A stretch of DNA of 63,831 bases, the filler included, from Octopus bimaculoides (lineage: Eukaryota): NCBI RefSeq assembly GCF_001194135.2. It is 7 parts of 7 records of this genome, joined end to end, with 100 filler letters (N's around TTAATTAATTAA, not from the genome) between each part and the next. Parts side by side here need not be neighbours in the genome. Positions count along the whole stretch, not along the records: positions 51,592 to 60,393 come from NC_068983.1; positions 60,494 to 62,497 come from NC_068986.1; positions 62,598 to 63,831 come from NW_026315119.1; 4 more parts are not named here. One strand, 5' to 3'. Made by a program: the position numbers and the translations under genes. Below are positions 52,914 to 63,831 of the stretch, piece after piece. Within the stretch, counting starts at the first letter, position 1, and every line of letters begins with the position of its first letter. The notes below the pieces were generated by a model. It was not told the origin of the DNA. It saw nothing but the letters and a program-made list of their open reading frames with translations, and made no database searches.

Positions 52914-53025
52914 AGAGTAAATAAGTTATGGGTTAGGCTAAATCCAATATAAATGGTTTTATTGTTAACTAGGAGATATACCTGGCATTTCTTGGGATTG
53001 AAATTGCATAATTTTTTTATTGTTT

Positions 53026-53215
53026 TAGTTTTTTCACTCATGTGACTGCGGCCATGCTGGGGCACGGCCTTTAGTCGAACAGATTGACCCTTGGATTCAT
53101 TCTTTGTAAGCCTAGTACTTATTCTATTTGTGTCTTTTGCTAAACTGTTAAGTTACAGGGAGGTAAACACAGCAACATCGGTTGTTAAGCGATAGTAGGA
53201 GTAGAAACTCATAAA
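53026..53215 (-). mobile_element. SINE family D
   Basis: gactgcggccatgctggggcacggcctttagtcgaac...ttctttgtaagcctagtacttattctat; homolog at 36020-36210. Confidence 0.8.
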
Positions 53216-53253
53216 TATACACATATGTAAGTCTTCTTTCATTTTCGGTGTAT

Positions 53254-53458
53254 CATCATCGTCGTCGTTTAACGTCCGCTTTCCATGCTAGCATAGGTTG
53301 GACGATTTGACTGAGGACTGGTGAAACCAGATTGCTACACCAGGCTCCAATCTGATTTGGCAGAGTTTCTACAGCTGGATGCCCTTCCTAACACCAACCA
53401 CTCCGAGAGTGTAGTGGGTGCTTTTACGTGCGACCGGCACGAAGGCCAGTCAGGCGGT
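53254..53458 (-). mobile_element. SINE family E, 5'-truncated
   Basis: Near-exact reverse complement of 51715-51927. Confidence 0.92.
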
Positions 53459-53468
53459 ATTATAAATA

Positions 53469-53504
<36 letters not shown>

Positions 53505-53510
<6 letters not shown>

Positions 53511-54050
53511 CATCATCGTCGTTTAACGTCCACTTTCCATTGCTGGCATGCGTTGGATGGTTTGACTGAAGAATGGCGAGCCAGAAGGCTGCACTAGGCT
53601 CCAATCTGATCTGGCAAAGTTTCTACAGTTGGATGCTCTTCCTAATGCCAACTACCGTGAGAGTGTAGTGGGTGCTTTTATGTGCCACCGGCACGAGGAC
53701 CAATCAGGCGGCACTGGCAACGACCATGATCAAAAGGTGTTTCTTATATGCCACCTAGTCCAGCAGCAGTAGCAACAAACATGCTCGAATTTTGTTTTTC
53801 ACATGCCAGTAAGGCGACGCTGACAATGATCACACTCAAATGGTGCTTTTTACGTGCCACCAGCATGGGAGCCAGTCAGCGGTCTTGGCAACAATCACAC
53901 TCAGACGATGCTTTTAACGTTCCACTGGCACGAGTGCCAATCAGGCGCTACTGTCATTGGGCACATCAGCGATTTTGATTTCACTTGTTTCAGCAGGTCT
54001 TTGCAATCAAAGTTTATTGTCCAATGAACGAAGGGTACTCATAAGTGGGC
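53505..54050 (-). mobile_element. SINE family E, longer diverged copy with about 4-5 internal units
   Basis: catcatcatcgtcgtttaacgtcc tail; recurring ggtgcttttt?acgtgccacc / ccagtcaggcg units. Confidence 0.85.
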
Positions 54051-54098
54051 TCAGGACAGCAAACATTAAGGCAAGGCAAACATCTCAAGAAATTCAAA

Positions 54099-54154
54099 AT
54101 CTTACAGCTGTTTCTGGGATATCCCCGAGTATGGGATATTCCGTCATCAGAGAC
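54099..54154 (-). ncRNA. Minimal type I hammerhead ribozyme motif with palindromic stem III
   Basis: Minus strand: GUCU-CUGAUGA-C-GGAAUAUCCC(AUACUCG)GGGAUAUCCC-A-GAAAC-AGCU-GUA-AGAU; all core nucleotides present. Confidence 0.75.
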
Positions 54155-54669
54155 AGGGAAAATGAGAATGGTATATATTAATAAGATAACAATGTAGAGG
54201 AAGGGAGTAAAAGAATAAGGAGATGGAAAAAAAGAAACATAACTACTGACTTGGCTATAACCTTGGAGCCCCGGTAATCCGTTACAGCACTTACCTTGCA
54301 TACCTAATCGTTTAGATCACCTGTGAACTAAACTCCCATACTTTGTACTTACACACACACACACACATGCACACACATATATATACATACATATATATAA
54401 AGAATAAGGAGAAAATGGAGAAGTAATTAATAAAATTATTTATTAATTATAAAATATGACAACATCTCTGCTGTTTTGATTCCGAAATCTTAAGATTTAA
54501 AAATTAAAATCTTTATAAGATGAATCTCTTCAGAGGTAGGAAGAACATACCGATTAGAAATACATGTTGAGATCACATCTATCAATCCATCAACTGATAA
54601 CAAATATACAAAAGGATCCGGTTACAGAATGAACCAATTAAATATAGGGGGAGAAGGTACTATATATTA

Positions 54670-55116
54670 TTATATGTCTTAAAGAAAGAAATGAAGAGCT
54701 TAATATAATATCATAGGGTGTTGGGAAAGAGAAAAGTGAAAGAGAAGGGAAAATGGAAGCAGAAAAACACATGTATTTATAAATATAAAATAATAATTCC
54801 ATTATCCAACATAGGGGAACAGGTAGTTTACATTTTGTGTCTTAAATAAAAGTAAAAGAGATTAATATTATGTTAAAGGGTATTGAGAAGGAGAAAAAGA
54901 AAAAGGGAAAAGGGAAGCAGAAAACTGCATGTATGTATAAATATATAATAATGTCATATAGTATCATACTTATAGTGTATATTTTGTGTCTTAAATAAAA
55001 GAAAAGAAGATTAATATAATATTAAAGGGTATTGAGGAGAAAAACAAAAAGGTAAAAGGGAACAGAAAAACGCTTATATATAAATATATAATAATGTCAT
55101 ATAATATCATACTTAT
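54670..55116. repeat. Diverged ~150-bp tandem repeat, 3 copies
   Basis: tgtcttaaa(t/g)aaa...aggg(tg/ta)tt...gcagaaaa...ataaatata recurs at about 54673, 54833 and 54982. Confidence 0.85.
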
Positions 55117-55945
55117 CTATAATACTGCAGTACAAAAACTTAAGGCTATAAAATTTAGTTCAAGTAGAAGAAGATATGTCTTAACTGAAGTTATCAGAAA
55201 AAGATAAAGAATTAATTTCTAAATATAATAATAAAAAACAATAAAGTTATTAATTATGTTTATAATCAAAATGCAATAAAGTTTCATTCAATAAATGTGT
55301 AAATAGCAAATCCAGAATATTATGGAAAGAAAAAATATTATAATACAAATTATATCCGTTTGTCCCTTAATAAAATTTATTTCAAGCTTTTAAGGTAAAA
55401 AACTATAATAATAAAAACCATTACATAGTGAAGGATTTAAAAAGTTTAAAAATCTCTAACATACCACATTCCGTTAGATAAACTGGAAGTACATATGCTA
55501 TGAAGCATGCTTAAGGGGGTAAGATAATATTAAGAAAATAAACAATATGTAAGAGGAAATACTTATATATAAAAATGAATTAATTGAAAATAAAATGAAG
55601 TAAATTACAATAAATTATGTAAAATACCTTCATAACATAACTGGGAAGTAGGGAAAAATATATATAAAGGCAACTAATCCAGAACAAATTTAAAACAGGG
55701 CATAACTTAAACTGCAATCAGAGGTAAAATAATTTATTTATGTGTTTAGGTAGTGAATACAGAATCTGCTCAATGTGCTATTAATTTGACACATTTTATT
55801 ACTAATTAATATGAAATAATATGACAGATTATAGTACTAATAATACGAAATACTAAGACTAATTGAAAAATAAGCTATATTATACATCAGAAATAAAATA
55901 AAATACGGCATTCATATTCATATATATATATATATATATATATAA

Positions 55946-58512
55946 GTGACACCGACGCTACTCTCGGATCACAACATGGTAGAGCTGACCATGTACGGAC
56001 CAAAGGAAGCCATGGACATGCAGCCTACAAGAAACTCTCAGAATCTTTCCAATTTGAACTTCAATAAGGCAAACTGGAAGCAAATTGAGAAAGAGATCCT
56101 CAAACAAAACTGGCCTAAATGTCTCTCTCCACTGGACATCGACATGAAACTTAAACAATTCATGTCTGTAATGCAAGCCATATGCTACAAATGTGTCCCG
56201 GAGAGAAAGGCCACTGTACACAAGAACAAAATCCCCAGGGAGAGGAAAATTCTTATGAGACGGCGTACAAAAGTTTCAAATCGCCTAAACAAACAAATTG
56301 AAAGCAGTGAAAAGTCCTGCCTGAAAATNNNNNNNNNNNNNNNNNNNNNNNNNNNNNNNNNNNNNNNNNNNNNNNNNNNNNNNNNNNNNNNNNNNNNNNN
56401 NNNNNNNNNNNNNNNNNNNNNNNNNNNNNNNNNNNNNNNNNNNNNNNNNNNNNNNNNNNNNNNNNNNNNNNNNNNNNNNNNNNNNNNNNNNNNNNNNNNN
56501 NNNNNNNNNNNNNNNNNNNNNNNNNNNNNNNNNNNNNNNNNNNNNNNNNNNNNNNNNNNNNNNNNNNNNNNNNNNNNNNNNNNNNNNNNNNNNNNNNNNN
56601 NNNNNNNNNNNNNNNNNNNNNNNNNNNNNNNNNNNNNNNNNNNNNNNNNNNNNNNNNNNNNNNNNNNNNNNNNNNNNNNNNNNNNNNNNNNNNNNNNNNN
56701 NNNNNNNNNNNNNNNNNNNNNNNNNNNNNNNNNNNNNNNNNNNNNNNNNNNNNNNNNNNNNNNNNNNNNNNNNNNNNNNNNNNNNNNNNNNNNNNNNNNN
56801 NNNNNNNNNNNNNNNNNNNNNNNNNNNNNNNNNNNNNNNNNNNNNNNNNNNNNNNNNNNNNNNNNNNNNNNNNNNNNNNNNNNNNNNNNNNNNNNNNNNN
56901 NNNNNNNNNNNNNNNNNNNNNNNNNNNNNNNNNNNNNNNNNNNNNNNNNNNNNNNNNNNNTCCCAAGAAAACTGAAGGAGGGGAAAATATGCCCTATTCA
57001 TAAAGGAGGTGGCAGAGCGGAAGCCAAGAACTACAGACCTATCTCTCTCACCTCGCACATCAGCAAGGTCATGGAACGAATAGTCAGAAGAAAACTAATC
57101 GCCTTCCTTGAAGAAAATGACTTGCTGCCTGACACCCAACATGATTTCCGACCAGGAAGAAGCTGTCTGACTCAGCTCTTACAACACTATGACTGGGTGC
57201 TGAAACATCTACTTAACCACTCAAATGTGGAAGTGATATATCTCGACTTTGCAAAGGCCTTTGATAAAGTCGATCATGGAATGATATGTCACAAACTGCG
57301 TGATCTCGGCATAGTTGGAAAATTGGGAGAATGGCTTCATGACTTTCTGAAGGATAGAAGTCAGGTGGTAGTAGCCAATGGGGCCACCNNNNNNNNNNAG
57401 TTGGAAAATTGGGAGAATGGCTTCATGACTTTCTGAAGGATAGAAGTCAGGTGGTAGTAGCCAATGGGGCCACCTCCAATGATACACAAATAGTGAGCGG
57501 TGTTCCGCAAGGCACTGTTTTGGGACCACTACTGTTCATAATGGCCCTCTCAGACATGCCCTCAGCCACACAGAAAGCTACGGTCACAAGTTATGCTGAT
57601 GACACAAAAGTCTCACAGGTAATACAGAACCCTGAAGACACTATGCACCTGCAATGTGAGCTGGATGAAATATACTAGTGTGCTGAAAAGAATAACATGC
57701 AGTTTAATGCTGAAAAGTTTCAAGCCTTATGCTATCAGCATGCAAGACTAAATGCAGAACCNNNNNNNNNNNNNNNNNNNNNNNNNNNNNNNNNNNNNNN
57801 NNNNNNNNNNNNNNNNNNNNNNNNNNNNNNNNNNNNNNNNNNNNNNNNNNNNNNNNNNNNNNNNNNNNNNNNNNNNNNNNNNNNNNNNNNNNNNNNNNNN
57901 NNNNNNNNNNNNNNNNNNNNNNNNNNNNNNNNNNNNNNNNNNNNNNNNNNNNNNNNNNNNNNNNNNNNNNNNNNNNNNNATCTCAGAACTTGAGGCAATC
58001 CAATGAAGCTACACGAAGAAGATAGCCTCTATGCAGCATATAAGCTATTGGGAAAGACGCAAGAGATTAAGACTCTATTCCTTAGAGCGTAGACAAGAAA
58101 GATCCTTGAAGGAATTGTCCCAAACTTTGGCATCGAAAGTTACACAAATAAAAGAACTGGACGCCATTGCATAGTGCCAAGGACCCCAAATTTGCCATCA
58201 AGATGTAGGACAAGATACTGCAATAGCCTGGGCTTCAAAGGTCCACAGCTCTTCAATATCCTCCCGAAGGACCTGAGAGACCTGCATGCGGTGGATGTAG
58301 GTGCCTTCAAGACAAGGCTGGATCTCTTCCTGTCAGATGTCCCAGATGAACCAACTTCACGGCAGGAGGTGCAGATGAGAGCAGCTGCATCAAACTCTTT
58401 CATGCACCAAATGTCAATTCCTGAAGTAAAATTCATGAAGTAAAATTGTGTAGCAACACCAAATGGCGGTGCCCCAGCATGGCCACAGCTCATGAGCTGA
58501 AACTAGATAAAA
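55946..58512 (+). mobile_element. CR1-type LINE, 5'-truncated ORF2 (RT) plus 3' end, interrupted by gaps
   Basis: NYRPISLTSHISKVMER, QHDFRPGRSCLTQL, IYLDFAKAFDKVDH, SGVPQGTVLGPLLF, YADDTK; one stop at 57676-57678; A-rich end at about 58510; flanked by (TA)n. Confidence 0.95.
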
Positions 58513-58529
58513 TGAAAAAAAAAAATGAA

Positions 58530-58880
<351 letters not shown>

Positions 58881-59839
58881 ATACAAATATAAACATACAT
58901 GAAGACGGTTAAGCCGGAACAAATTTAAATGGGGCAATATCTTAAATATGATCAGATGTTATAATGGTTTATTTCTATATTAAACCAGTGAGTCAGTAAT
59001 CAGCTCAATAAGCTATTATTTGGCACAGTTTAGTGCTAAATAACAAGACTAATTTTAGTACTAATAATACACAATAATAAGACTAATGGAGAAATAATCT
59101 TAATTATACATCAGAAATAATATAAAATACGTCATTCATGTTACCCAATTAAGAGGAGTTACTATGAGGTTTACCAAAAAGCTCTCAATTTTCATAAAAG
59201 ATAATTCATCTAATTTTGTAGATTAACATTATATGCAAAAAATATTTTTATACAAAGATTAAAAAGTATAGAAGAATAAATTAAGTAAACAAATTGGAGT
59301 ATAAGACATATCATGCATTCAGATAGGTAGATTAACTTATATGCAAACATGTAAATATAGACAAAAATTATAAAGGTGAAGGAATAAGTAAAGTAAATTA
59401 AATGAAATAAGGCAAAATACAATAAATACAATAAAATAAAACAAAGATAAAAATAATATAAAAGAGTCAATTTTAAACATAATGAAGAATTAATATGCTA
59501 TATAAAGGATGTACAAATAATACATTAATATATTACAGGGATAAATACAAGTTATAAAATATAATATAATGTTGGAAATAATAAGAAATTTTGCAGGATA
59601 AAATATTACTGTCAATTCATATTAGGTTGAGACATAAAAGTAAGGAGTTAAACCAGGTTAAAACACTGTTAAAAAAAAAAAGTATTGTACATAGTATATG
59701 TGGAAATAAGAACATATCTGATAAATTGATAATATATCCTGAATTGCGAGTTTATTAAAGGTAAATGATTATGTTAATTAATATTAAAAAGAAATAGAGA
59801 ATAGAGACCCTAAATCCATATAACATACATACATATATA

Positions 59840-60210
59840 TCTCTATATATATAAAAATGAGAATGTATGTCTGTGTGTGTGTGTGTCTGTGTGATTCCCT
59901 AAAACTCGAGAACTACTCAACCAATTTCATTCAAATTTTACACATGCCTTACTTAGGGTCCCGATTGTGTTTTAGTCAAAACAATATTTAACTTCTTGCA
60001 TAGTTCGAGCACACAGCAACATGATATCTCCTCCACTATTTAAGTATTAAGTGTCAAAAGTGAAACAAACACACTCATGTCAAATACTTTCACTTTAAAA
60101 ATGAAACTATTCCTCAAAATCAGTATCAAAACTGAAACAATCACATTTTGATACTGTAATGACACATACTTTCACTTTAATGGTTTCATTTTCATACTGA
60201 ATCTACTACA
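59840..60210 (+). mobile_element. Probable 5' end of a non-autonomous Helitron
   Basis: Starts TCtctatatatataaaaatgagaatgtatgtctgt(gt)n...gaactactcaaccaatttcattcaaattttacaca, the usual layout of invertebrate Helitron 5' ends. No 3' hairpin/CTRR end identified. Confidence 0.5.
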
Positions 60211-60721
60211 GTGAAACTATACTCTCACATATATACAGGCATACATACATATATACATACATACATGCATATATATATCTGCACAAAACTATATATTTTA
60301 TATATACTTTATCTATAAGGCTCAATTTAATTTTAATTTTTTATAAATTGATTTTAATTGGGTTTTTTACCTGTAATATTGGATTTTGTCCCTNNNNNNN
60401 NNNNNNNNNNNNNNNNNNNNNNNNNNNNNNNNNNNNNTTAATTAATTAANNNNNNNNNNNNNNNNNNNNNNNNNNNNNNNNNNNNNNNNNNNNAGAGAAA
60501 CAAAATAAATAATAAGGGACAAAACTAAAGCGCAAGGTATTGAGATGTTTGAGGCCGTAAATAAATAAAAATCTCTATCTTATCTGCATCTTGGGTATTT
60601 CGTCGTAGTACATCAGCGAGATAATTTAGAATGGGTTTCTCATTTATATATAGCCAGAACCTGAAGACCTTAAAGGAAAAACTACGAAGGGGAGAGAGAG
60701 GATGGAGGGGTAGACAGAGGC

Positions 60722-60878
60722 ATGGGTTTCTTTCAGTTTCCATCTACCAAATCCACTCACAAGGCTTTAGTTGGCCTGAGGCTATAGTAGAAGACACTTG
60801 CCCAAGGTGCCATGCAGTGGGACTGAACCCAGAACCACATGGTTGGGAAGTAAGCTTCTTACCACACAGCCATGCCTT
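60722..60878 (-). mobile_element. SINE family A
   Basis: Close homolog of 7881-8045 in the same orientation. Confidence 0.92.
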
Positions 60879-60915
60879 ATTTTATATATATATACATATA
60901 TATATTCATTCATAA

Positions 60916-60951
<36 letters not shown>

Positions 60952-60964
60952 CATAGACTAAATG

Positions 60965-62162
60965 AGGACAGACTGAGTACAACAGTGACCTGTTGGAACC
61001 CTTCCCCATAGAGAACAGTGTGAAACAGGTTGTGTTCCAGCCTTGACTCTCTTCGCAATCATTTTCAGCATAATGCAATTGGGGGCCAAGGTAGACTATC
61101 ACAAAGGCCTCTACATCCATTTCTGCACTGACAAGAACATATTCAACCTTTGCTAACTCCTTGCTCACACAAAGACTCTAAAGGAGTTCATCTATGACTT
61201 GCTATTTGCAGATGCCCTTCTAGCATACACAGAGGTGAACCTCCACAGAGTATGCTAGTCTTTCTAAGGCAGCCTAGGCCTTTGGCCTCACCATCAATTT
61301 GAGAAAAACTGGAGTGCTGTTCCAGAAACTGCTATATGCCATATACCAATCACTGCAAATCAGTATCGAAAAACACCCCCTTAAATGCAGTTGAACACTT
61401 CACCTATCTAGGGAGTGTCGTTTTTAACAATGCAACCTGTGAAAAGAACGTTGATAACATCAAGGCCAACACCACCTTTAGACGTCAGCAGAAGTACGGC
61501 AGAACCATACACTGCATCTGTCCACCAGGTTCAAAGTCTACAAAGCAGTTGCCATCACTACACTCCTCTATGGGTCGGAAGCTTAGGTGTTGTACAGGAA
61601 GCAGGTCAAGTTGCTTGAACACTTCCACAAAAGATATCTTTGCTCCAACATGGGCCGCCTCACTGATGGAACACATCACCAATAATGAAGTCCTCCAGCA
61701 GGCCAAAACCTTGAGCAATGAAATGATACTGCTGTTCAAACAGCTCAGATTGACAGGCCACATCTCATGCATGGACAAATCCAGAATGCTGAAGGCTATA
61801 TTCTAGAATGAGGTCAACCAGGGCAAAAGAAACAAAGAAACTCGCCCAAAGCGTTTCAAAAATGAGCCAGCTCATTCAGGCAGGGATAGATTTCACAATA
61901 TGTGAGGGAGTCAGAGTACAGAGGGAAGTATGGCGAGATTGCATCCAGATCACTATAAGTAATTTTGAGAAAGCCAGAGCAACTGCAGTGGATGAGAGAC
62001 ACCAAAGGAAGAGTCATCGTCACAACCCCAATCTGACAAAAGCCTACATATCTGACCCAAGTATGTCAGAAGCAATTGTTTGAAGATAGGTTTATACAAC
62101 CACTTAAGAGCTTGGTGCTCTTTTCATGATCTTTGGACATGAAGAACTGCCATCATCATCAT
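60965..62162 (+). mobile_element. RTE (BovB-like) LINE 3' half, pseudogenised
   Basis: EPFPIENSVKQ.., DLLFADA (LFADD decayed), AFGLTINLRKTGVLFQ, LNAVEHFTYLGS, QLRLTGHISCMDKSRMLKAIF; ends in (CAT)n. Confidence 0.92.
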
Positions 62163-62164
62163 CA

Positions 62165-62497
62165 AAATGGTATTCAGCGGGCTTCGAAAATACCCATACA
62201 ACAACTGAGGACACCGCAAAGAAAAGACAAACAGGAAAAGATCATTCCATTTATAGTGACACAAAATCCATGCCACCAGAACATCTTTAATATCGCCAAA
62301 GTGAACTTACCGATCCTTGCACAAAGTAAGGAATTGAGAAATATCATTACAGATCAAAATATAACTCTCAGTAAGAGGCAACCTAAAAACTTGAAAAAAC
62401 TATTAACAAAGGCAAGGTTTGACCTCAGCAACAAAAATCAAACATTCACTATATCCAAATGCAATGATAGCCGATGCGGCACATGCCAATCAATCCA
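62165..62497 (+). mobile_element. Penelope-like element linker/Cys-rich region preceding GIY-YIG (runs into a gap)
   Basis: IPFIVTQNP...LSKRQPKNLKKLLTKARF...KCNDSRCGTCQSI matches the PLE 'P....YHP...RRPKNL...L..A...KC...RC.TC' signature; open frame with no stops. Confidence 0.88.
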
Positions 62498-63092
62498 NNN
62501 NNNNNNNNNNNNNNNNNNNNNNNNNNNNNNNNNNNNNNNNNTTAATTAATTAANNNNNNNNNNNNNNNNNNNNNNNNNNNNNNNNNNNNNNNNNNNNTCT
62601 TCTTCTTCTTCTTCTTCTTCTTCTTCTTCTTCTTCTTCTAATTTGTCCTTTTCTTCCATATCTCTAGTCATATCTATTCCTTTATCACACCTTGCAGCTC
62701 AGCCTCCTCTCCTTCCTTGCCCTCCCATCCAGCAAATTCTGTTTCATTAGTGTTACGTACGATTCTTTAATCGTCTCCCAAAATTGTTGCTCTCAAAAAT
62801 ACCCCCGCCCCATATAAAATCTAGAAATCTCGCTGTGCAGGATATTTTAAGTACGTCACGGCCCCCACCGCTCACACGTTCTCCAATTAACTTTTAGTAA
62901 TCACCACTCCGCCAATTCACACAAGAAAACATGTACAAACGATGAAAAAACCAGTCATACACACACATACACACACACGTACAAACATGTACGTACACAA
63001 ACACAGAGATACATACATATACACACACATTCACACGCATACACACATACACATGTTCGCACACAAACGTTCAGACGCACACATGCACACGC

Positions 63093-63831
63093 ATAGGGTC
63101 CACAAAAGTAACGGGAAATGTTCTCTAAAGGACAAGACCGTTGTAGTTCAGGCTTTCGTCGCTAGAAGTCACTTGATGCGAACCTCAGTCATCAGTCTGC
63201 TGACTGGTATCTTTATGTGTGGTTGGACTACCACGTGGTTTGTCTTTGCTTTGTTGTGTTTCTGCCTTGTTCGGCGAGTTTTTGTGATGGTTGAAACGAA
63301 GGAACAGCGTGCTTCTGCGATATTCTATGTTCTGCTTGAGAAATCGGCGGCCAAAACAGTTCTGATGCGTCCAACTACTTGTTAGGATGCTGCCATGAGA
63401 AAAACACAAGTTTACGATTGGTTTTTCACACTTCAGAAATGGTCACTTGTTTCTTGAAGACCAACCTCGTACAGTGAGATCGTTGACCTCCCGAACAAAA
63501 GAAAACATCATGAAAATTCATGAAATGAAATTATTTTGAAAGACCGTCACCGAACAAATGACGAAATTTTTGATATGACTGGTGTGTTCTGGAGATTCTG
63601 CTAACGAATTTTGTGTGAGGAATTGCGAATGAAAATAGTAGGAGCAAAATTTGTGTCTCACTTGCTCACCGAAGATCAAAAGCCGTCAAGAGTGGATGCG
63701 TGAGATGAACTGAAAGAACAGTTGGAAGTTGATTCGGACCTCTTTTCGAAGGCCATCACTGGTGAGGAAAGCTGGTGCTACGGCAAAAGCCCGAGAACGA
63801 GGCAGCAAGCAAGTCAATAGAAGCATTCGAG
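63093..63831 (+). mobile_element. Mariner transposon remnant (5' end plus transposase N-terminal half)
   Basis: EQRASAIFYVLLEKSAAKT, TQVYDWFSHFRNG...LEDQPR, ELRMKIVGAKFVSHLLTEDQK (WVPHEL region), KAITGEESWCYG (ITGDETW); continues past the window end. Confidence 0.92.

Noticed and set aside
53305-53330. CTGAGGA-ctggt-GAAAC inside SINE family E
   Set aside because: No possible stem II, and the motif is not kept in the 53505 copy.
51592-53990. CRISPR-like appearance of palindromic repeats with spacers
   Set aside because: Eukaryotic SINE context, spacers homologous to one another, no cas genes.
54463-54540. Hammerhead-like CUGAAGA with long AT-rich stem II on the minus strand
   Set aside because: G12 is A (AAAAC), and stem III and the cleavage triplet are destroyed; at most an old fossil.
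57316-57470. ~70-bp exact duplication on either side of an 11-N gap in the LINE
   Set aside because: Typical unresolved contig overlap, not a real duplication or frameshift.

Overview
Eukaryotic, very AT-rich, microsatellite-saturated and gap-ridden draft-assembly sequence. The SINE families and repeat landscape look like an octopod cephalopod (probably Octopus; recognised from memory, not searched). I could not recognise any cellular protein-coding gene, rRNA, true tRNA or CRISPR array. Nearly all long ORFs in the supplied track are (TA)n/(CA)n/(GA)n or N-run artefacts. The window is a transposon graveyard. Retroelement remnants: Penelope-like elements (RT with YVDD, C-terminal linker, GIY-YIG), a CR1-type LINE, RTE (BovB-like and RTE-X-like), L1/Tx1-like and a HERO-like RLE fragment. 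DNA-transposon remnants: three Tc1/mariner transposases, a mariner MITE and probable Helitron pieces. About 17 SINE copies from at least five families are also present. The most interesting signal is absent from the ORF track: at least five minimal type I hammerhead-ribozyme motifs from about four short-repeat families (4021-4058, 36982-37018, 48583-48616, 52737-52782, 54099-54154). One sits in the tail of a tRNA-headed SINE and another in a ~383-bp partial tandem unit resembling a non-LTR retrozyme or Penelope pLTR. Such systems have precedents in other animals; whether these families are already described, and whether any copy cleaves, cannot be told from the sequence.
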